A stretch of DNA of 62,011 bases, counting the filler, from Kipferlia bialata (Eukaryota): assembly GCA_003568945.1 (NCBI GenBank). It is 6 parts of 6 records of this genome, joined end to end, with 100 filler letters (N's around TTAATTAATTAA, not from the genome) between each part and the next. Parts side by side here need not be neighbours in the genome. Positions count along the whole stretch, not along the records: positions 44,723 to 55,781 come from BDIP01001300.1; positions 55,882 to 62,011 come from BDIP01001303.1; 4 more parts are not named here. The stretch is one strand, 5' to 3'. Within the stretch, counting starts at the first letter, position 1. The number at the start of each line of letters is the position of its first letter. Below are positions 54,601 through 62,011 of this stretch, piece by piece. A program made the position numbers and the translations under genes. Below the pieces are notes generated by a model, which saw only the letters and a program-made list of their open reading frames with translations, did no database searches and had not been told where the DNA came from.

Positions 54601-55432
54601 GTAGAGGGTAGAGGGCATGGGTGTGCAGAGGAGCATGGTCATATATGGTACACAGCATATGTAGATGAGTAGAGGTATATATATAGAGAATATAACGTAT
54701 ACAGTGTATGTATAGTATGTATAGTATATATAGTATACATAATGTCTATAATGTCTATAATGTCTATATTGTATATAGTGTGTATAGTGTGTATATTGTA
54801 TATAGTGTATATAGTGTATATAGTGTGCAGAGGGACATGCAGCAACGGGGGGACAATGAACATAATAACAGGGCTCATCGACATCAGGACAGGTGACACC
54901 ATCGACACAACATGAATATATACATACATATTTATATACATATATATATACAAATATATGTTGAATACAGATGACGGTATGCACCCTGTTACCTGGGATA
55001 TGATATGATACATACACATCCATATACCTGTGACATTTATATATACACATATACACATATACACATATACATATATACACATATAGACATATACATATAT
55101 ACACATACACATATATACACATATACATATATATACATATACACATATACATATATACATATATATACACATATACCTGTGATATGGCCGCAGAGTGGGG
55201 GCAGAGGTTGCCTTGGAGGGAGTGGGCAGAGAGGGCCAGGTGGGAGGAAGAGAGATACAACTCGGGGATGGCTGAACCATTACCTAGGGGGTGGGAAACG
55301 GGAACACACTCAGACCAACGTCTACCTGCATCCATGTCACAATGTATATATGTATAATATATCACTTTCAGTATCACTATGAGTATACGTCAGTATACAT
55401 CAGCATACATCAGAATACCAGCTCTGGAACAC

Positions 55433-55471
<39 letters not shown>

Positions 55472-55714
55472 ACCGGTCTGATGACGATGATCCATATATA
55501 TCTAATACCGAAGTGACCTTGTCTTGTCTGCTCTCTTTCACTCATACCCTTATATACATGTGCATATATGTATATATATACGTACCCGTGGTCCGTCCCA
55601 TGCATGTGTCCATGACCCCCCTCGCGTCTAGCAGTCTCTCCTCCTTCAGTGCCACAGACACCGCCTGGCCCACACACACCTTGCCCAGCGCAGCAGGCAC
55701 AATCACAAACACAC
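51632..55714 (-). CDS. hypothetical protein, multi-exon, 5' truncated
   Basis: Exons such as [16 protein letters not shown]..., [41 protein letters not shown]..., [17 protein letters not shown]..., ending [10 protein letters not shown]. Some junctions are unresolved. Confidence 0.6.
52870..53111. repeat. intronic (GATAT/GATATAT)n satellite
   Basis: About 240 nt of alternating 5- and 7-mers, preceded by (GATAC)4. Confidence 0.95.
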
Positions 55715-55781
55715 CTGGGTGAGGGCGGGGGGGGGGAGAGAGGGAGAGAGAGAGAGGCACTCACCCGGCACCAGTGGGTGG

Positions 55782-55881
55782 NNNNNNNNNNNNNNNNNNN
55801 NNNNNNNNNNNNNNNNNNNNNNNNNTTAATTAATTAANNNNNNNNNNNNNNNNNNNNNNNNNNNNNNNNNNNNNNNNNNNN
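55782..55881. other. artificial scaffold linker
   Basis: N44-TTAATTAATTAA-N44. Confidence 0.98.
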
Positions 55882-55936
<55 letters not shown>

Positions 55937-56038
55937 ACCTTGGCCCTCTGGTTCTCTGGCAGGTGGCTGACAGCCATATATACTGTATATACATTATATA
56001 CTATCTATATATATACATACTCATATACATATGTGTAC

Positions 56039-58370
56039 CTTGGCCCTCTGGGTCTCTGGCAGGTGGCTGACAGCCCTGGGTACTAGGTACTTGGGGACAA
56101 TCCTCTGACAATTAGTGAATAACATACATACTATATATATACACAGTAATGTATGTGAGTGTATATTTATAGCCCTGGAAACAAGGTACTTGGGCGCAAT
56201 GCGCTAAGTATTAGAACGTTATTGACATTCAGAGCAAATATATATACAGAGCATGGAAGTGAGTCACTCACTAGTGAGTGTATATATCTATATGCAAAGC
56301 CCTGCGTATATGGTACTTGGGCACAATGCGCCGACAATTCTGGAAATGTGTAGAAACTGTATATATATATAGTATATGAATATGTCATATGCAGTAGAGT
56401 TAATGGAGACAGACCACATGTGTGTACTTGTTACCTGGCGAGAAAGGACTGAGAACCCCCAAACACTCGCTGTTGCAACAGCCCAGCACAAAATGTTAGT
56501 ACCAACAAGTCTGACATAAGGGTGTAGAGGAAGAGAGAGAGAGAGAGGGGGGTCCCAACCGCGTACAGAATCCCACAGCGCTAGACACTCGAATCTAGAC
56601 TTACCCAGCGGAAGGTTCACAGTGAAGTATGAGCTAAATACACCTGGAATACTACAGATAGAGTATAAATGACGTAACGATTATCTGATGTCCCAGTGAA
56701 GGTCGTAGGTGGGTGACTTTCAAGAGTAGAAATATGCAAAAAGCACTCGACATCTATAGAAATACTGCTAAACATGAGTCATGTTTAAAACATGACTTAC
56801 TTAATGTCCCAGCCACAGTCAGCGGAATCATCGACAAAGAGGATGAGGAGGGCGTAGAAGAGCACCATCAGGAGATACATGCCTGGGGGTAAAAGAGACG
56901 TAATGCATACGATAGTTATAGTTACTATATACATATACATGTGAGTGTATACTATATAAATTGAAGACGACGAGGGCGTAGAAGAGCACCATCAGGAGAT
57001 ACATGCCTGGAGATATACTCAATAACATATATATACAATATAGTGCGATCAGCAGGGACAGGAAGTCAGCCTTTAGCTCTGCCGTCCTGAACCTCACTAT
57101 ATACAGTGTATGTATAGTACATNNNNNNNNNNNNNNNNNNNNNNNNNNNNNNNNNNNNNNNNNNNNNNNNNNNNNNNNNNNNNNNNNNNNNNNNNNNNNN
57201 NNNNNNNNNNNNNNNNNNNNNNNNNNNNNNNNNNNNNNNNNNNNNNNNNNNNNNNNNNNNNNNNNNNNNNNNNNNNNNNNNNNNNNNNNNNNNNNNNNNN
57301 NNNNNNNNNNNNNNNNNNNNNNNNNNNNNNNNNNNNNNNNNNNNNNNNNNNNNNNNNNNNNNNNNNNNNNNNNNNNNNNNNNNNNNNNNNNNNNNNNNNN
57401 NNNNNNNNNNNNNNNNNNNNNNNNNNNNNNNNNNNNNNNNNNNNNNNNNNNNNNNNNNNNNNNNNNNNNNNNNNNNNNNNNNNNNNNNNNNNNNNNNNNN
57501 NNNNNNNNNNNNNNNNNNNNNNNNNNNNNNNNNNNNNNNNNNNNNNNNNNNNNNNNNNNNNNNNNNNNNNNNNNNNNNNNNNNNNNNNNNNNNNNNNNNN
57601 NNNNNNNNNNNNNNNNNNNNNNNNNNNNNNNNNNNNNNNNNNNNNNNNNNNNNNNNNNNNNNNNNNNNNNNNNNNNNNNNNNNNNNNNNNNNNNNNNNNN
57701 NNNNNNNNNNNNNNNNNNNNNNNNNNNNNNNNNNNNNNNNNNNNNNNNNNNNNNNNNNNNNNNNNNNNNNNNNNNNNNNNNNNNNNNNNNNNNNNNNNNN
57801 NNNNNNNNNNNNNNNNNNNNNNNNNNNNNNNNNNNNNNNNNNNNNNNNNNNNNNNNNNNNNNNNNNNNNNNNNNNNNNNNNNNNNNNNNNNNNNNNNNNN
57901 NNNNNNNNNNNNNNNNNNNNNNNNNNNNNNNNNNNNNNNNNNNNNNNNNNNNNNNNNNNNNNNNNNNNNNNNNNNNNNNNNNNNNNNNNNNNNNNNNNNN
58001 NNNNNNNNNNNNNNNNNNTATACATAGTATATATAGTATATATATATAATATATACCTTAGCTTCAATGCCTCATAATGATGCCTTGAGCATCATGTACT
58101 ATAAATATACATATCAATACTCTGTATATATAAAGTATATGTACCTTTGCCTCTATGCCCCTGAGAGATGCCTTGAGCATCATGTTCTTGGTGCCCTAGA
58201 GAACGTATAAATTAATGTATATAGTGTATATATACTATATATACACTATATATATAGTATAATACCTTAGCCTCAATACCCCTTAATGATGTCTTGAGCA
58301 TCATGTTCTTGGTGCCCTTGGCAATGAACACGACACACACCAGGATGGGGTACACATACCCAAGGCCAGC
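56039..58370 (-). CDS. multi-pass membrane hypothetical protein (spans the N gap 57123-58018; both ends uncertain)
   Basis: AGLGYVYPILVCVVFIAKGTKNMMLKTSLRGIEAK|...|MYLLMVLFYALLILFVDDSADCGWDI|...|LVGTNILCWAVATASVWGFSVLSRQ|RIVPKYLVPRAVSHLPETQRAK. Confidence 0.6.
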
Positions 58371-59116
58371 CTAGCGTGTGAGAGATGGACGAAAGAGAAA
58401 GAATTGGGGAATGGAGGGATGGTCATCATACACAACCTGTGTGTGATACACAAGACATCGCAATAGACCACATATATAATTATGAAATTATAGCCACTAA
58501 GGGGTCAGAGGACTCAATAGTGCCTGGTAGAGATACAGAGACAGAGCGATATCTTCCCGTGACAAGGGAATATGGAAACCGTATACGGTCCCAGAAGTCT
58601 TCACTGATTGCAGGGCATTTGCCCCAACAGGGCAGGGGTAGTGTAGAGTCTACACTGTAGACTACACTGTAGTTCTACTACTAGTGACCCTCACCTCGAA
58701 GATACTCATATTTGGGTTTACTTCAGGTACTGTGCCAACGCTAGAGAGCCACACCGACCAGAAAGTGTGACGATGTCCACCCTTATGGTGTGAGTCTTCA
58801 AAAACGTAGGTTTGTGTCGGACTTTCGAAGAATGAACCGGATTTTGCCAGCCCTGAACATTGAATTGTGTTGGACATTTGAAATGTCAGTTTTCACTCGT
58901 TATCTGGTCTCTTCCTTCTGAAGTTCAGAATCTGAACTGGACATCGGGGGCCACTCTAGGATATAACTTATATCATATAAGTTATATCATATAACAATTG
59001 CCTGATTACACTATTCTATAATGACCATAGTCACAATAGTCTGACCACACTCAAAATGAGATATATCTGAGTCTGCTTTACTACATCATGTACCTAATAC
59101 TGGCTGAGTACACAGT

Positions 59117-60550
59117 CTATTCGTCCAGATCCATCTCCTCTCCCTCTCCCTCTGGCTCAGAGACTGAGACAGCAGTATCTCTCGCAGATACAGACATACT
59201 CTCTCTCTCCCTCTCCCTCTCTCTCTCTCTATCTGTACCAGACATGCTCAGAGAGAGAGATGCAGAGATGTCTCTGTCCCTCTGCCTCTGCCTCTGCCTC
59301 TCTCTCTCGGCCTCCCGCAGCTCCTCGGCTTCTCTCTCCCTCTCTGCCGTGACCTCTCTCTCCATGTCTCTCTCTCTCGCCTCTCTCTCCTTCCGGGCCA
59401 TCTCTCTCTCCCTCTCGCGCTCGGCTCCTGGAGTGAGATAGTATAGAAAATTGAACCCAAAACATCAGTCCCTCATACATACAGCTGCAATATATATAGT
59501 GTATACATATACTTAATACTATTATATGTATACTTGTATATATTTCTGTATACACCCACCTGCCATAGTTATGGGTCTGCCCTCTATTGTCTTGGACACA
59601 TACACAATGCTAAATGATACACACTGTATATAGTGTATATAGTGTATATAGTTGTATATACATATGTTTATCCACCTGCCATTGTGATTGGTTTGCCCTC
59701 TATTGTCTTGGACACATTGAGCAGGTGGTAGAGAAGGGGGCTAGGGGTTAGCGAGAGAGTATTATACATATATAGGTATACAACACAGATACATATATAT
59801 AGAGTGTCTTGGACACATTGAGCAGGTGGTACAGAAGGGGACTAGATGGTTAGAGAGAGATAACATGCATGGAAATGTGTATCATATACATACATAAATA
59901 TACACATATATGTGTAAATATATATAGTGGCTTGGACACAATGAACACAAGGGACTGGGGGTAAGATATCCACGGATAGTAACACATGTACACATAGACG
60001 ATTACAACTATGCTATAAAAATATAGTATACATATAAACATATTTTCACATCTCACCCTGCATCTTGTCATGGGGCACCCCTACCTATACATGAAGTATA
60101 CCTATGATATATATGATATACATACATATATATATGATACATATGTATATATACACTCACATCTCATCCTGCATCTTGTCATGGGGCACCCCTACCTACA
60201 CACAGAGTATACCTATGATATTATTATATGATATATATATATATATATATATATATGAACATATACTCACATCTCATCCTGCATCTTGTCATGGGGCACC
60301 CCGGCCTCTCGGCACAGGAACTGCCTGGGGTTAGATGCCATATATAGAGAGATATACAGTGTACAGACTATCTATTATCCCCGAATGACTAATTATGTAT
60401 ATACCTCCCCAGTTCTCCATTCAGCACTTGGCAAAGTATATCCATATAAATATATATACATACAGTGTCTAGTATACATTACATACCTCCCCAGGTCCAC
60501 GTCTGGCAGCCCTGCCTCTCCATTGAGCCACTTGGCATTGTATATCCATC

Positions 60551-60589
<39 letters not shown>

Positions 60590-60707
60590 TGTCTAGTATA
60601 TATATTACACACCTTCCCAAGTCGACGTCTGGCAGCCCTGCCTCTCCGTTGAGGCACTTGGCAGTGGCGGCAAAGCCATGGAAGACTAGAGTAAGGTGGT
60701 AGGGGGG

Positions 60708-60741
<34 letters not shown>

Positions 60742-61549
60742 GAGAGAGACGGTAGACACCTCTGCCACACTGGTCAATAAATTATATATAAATTATATAT
60801 AACACATAAATTATATAAAATATATACATGTATGGGTGCATAAGAATGTCACACACAAATTCCATACAATTCAGACACATATGCTATGCACTTATATGCG
60901 ATCATATCATACCTAGGAACTCTCTGATGAGTGATGCCAGCACCCATGAGTCACCAGACAGGGAGGGGTATATACACTGTATATATAAATACTATACGCA
61001 TATATATTATATATACTAATACCTAGGAACTCTCTGATGAGTGATGCATGAGTCACCGGACAGGGAGGGGTATATACACTGTGTATATATATATACAATA
61101 TGCATGTATATTATATACACTACTATAGTACCTAGGAACTCTCTTATGAGTGATGCCAGGACCCACGAGTCACCAGACAGGGAGGTGGTGGGCTTGGGGA
61201 GCTGGTATTGGTAACTGCATATATATACATATATATATATATTACTATGGGGGGGAGAGGGAGAGAAGAAGAGAATGCCCTGGGAGGTGGTGGGCTTGGG
61301 GAGCTGGGTTAGTGACAGAGATTATAGTATATATATTAGATGTATGGATTATAATCATGATGGTAGGGGGGGGGGGAGAGAGAGGCATGTTGGAAAATTG
61401 GGGATTGTGGGAAGGGGGGGGGGGTAGAGATAATCCACAGGAAATTAGGATTGCACATACCGATCCTTCGAATGCCTTGACCACTGCTGCTCTGACATCG
61501 GTCTCTATCCGCTCATACTCCCCACTGGACTTCATGTCACGGAGCACAG
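59117..61549 (-). CDS. FOPNL: FOR20/FOPNL (CEP20) LisH-domain basal-body protein with an ER-rich tail, 5' partial
   Basis: VLRDMKSSGEYERIETDVRAAVVKAFEGS|LPKPTTSLSGDSWVLASLIREFL|VFHGFAATAKCLNGEAGLPDVDLGR|QFLCREAG...|PLLYHLL matches the TOF, LisH and PLL motifs of FOP/FOR20. Confidence 0.85.
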
Positions 61550-61574
61550 CTGGAAGTAAGAAGTATATATATGC

Positions 61575-61613
<39 letters not shown>

Positions 61614-62011
61614 ATATATACAAATATAGGAATATATTTATAGGGAGAGACGTAGACTTCATGTCACGAAGACAGCTGGGGTTAGTAAATGGGTGAGTAT
61701 ATATATAGAGAGAGAGAGGAGGTATATACATATGGGGGGGGGGGGTCTTCATGTCCCGCAGGACAGCTGGGGTAAGAGTACATATGTACTAACAAATGCG
61801 TAAATAGAGGGGGGTGAGGGCTGGACTTCATATATGTCACGAAGGACAGCTGGAAGTAAGAAGATAATCAGGGGCAAAAGAGAGAGAGAGAGAGAGACAG
61901 AGATTCAGCGATAGGCTTAAAGTAAGCGAGAGTAGTTAGATAGCGAGAGACTACATGAGTGAAGGGGAAGTAGGAGGGGGGGGGGGGGGGTGTGGGAAAA
62001 AGAGACATGCA

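Noticed and set aside
57003..58067. 300+ aa ORFs
   Set aside because: Artefacts of reading through an N gap.
1..62011. Functional gene cluster across the window
   Set aside because: These are six size-sorted unrelated scaffolds; adjacency across linkers is meaningless.

Overview
Eukaryotic, intron-rich, standard-code genomic DNA. It is not one locus: six unrelated scaffolds are joined by artificial 100-nt N44-TTAATTAATTAA-N44 linkers, and the four complete inner pieces are 11080, 11078, 11076 and 11059 nt, i.e. sorted by size. The (EG)n/(ER)n-rich proteins, divergent Tom40, kelch-like expansions and a branch point nearly fused to the 3' splice site suggest a free-living fornicate/metamonad protist such as Kipferlia (inference). 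Genes were reconstructed by hand-splicing GT-AG exons: a MATE transporter, a GH114/PelA-like TIM-barrel protein, a membrane-anchored degenerate class I cyclic-nucleotide phosphodiesterase, an ARID protein, a Snapin-like protein, a kelch-like protein, YaaA/DUF328 (apparently fused to a kelch-like region), a histidine phosphatase, RPLP2, Tom40, FOR20/FOPNL and several hypotheticals. Main observation: in many genes the introns hold serial truncated 'echo' copies of the neighbouring exon edges together with their splice site. Acceptor plus exon-start copies lie upstream of the exon, exon-end plus donor copies lie downstream, and they are separated by (TA)n/(GA)n-rich spacers. The echoes differ from the real exon almost only at synonymous positions, which neutrally decaying intronic DNA should not do. 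Either an undescribed exon-edge duplication/collapse or conversion process acts on these genes, or divergent haplotypes were mis-assembled in tandem. Most short ORFs in the supplied track are microsatellite noise. All family calls are from motif recognition, not database searches.
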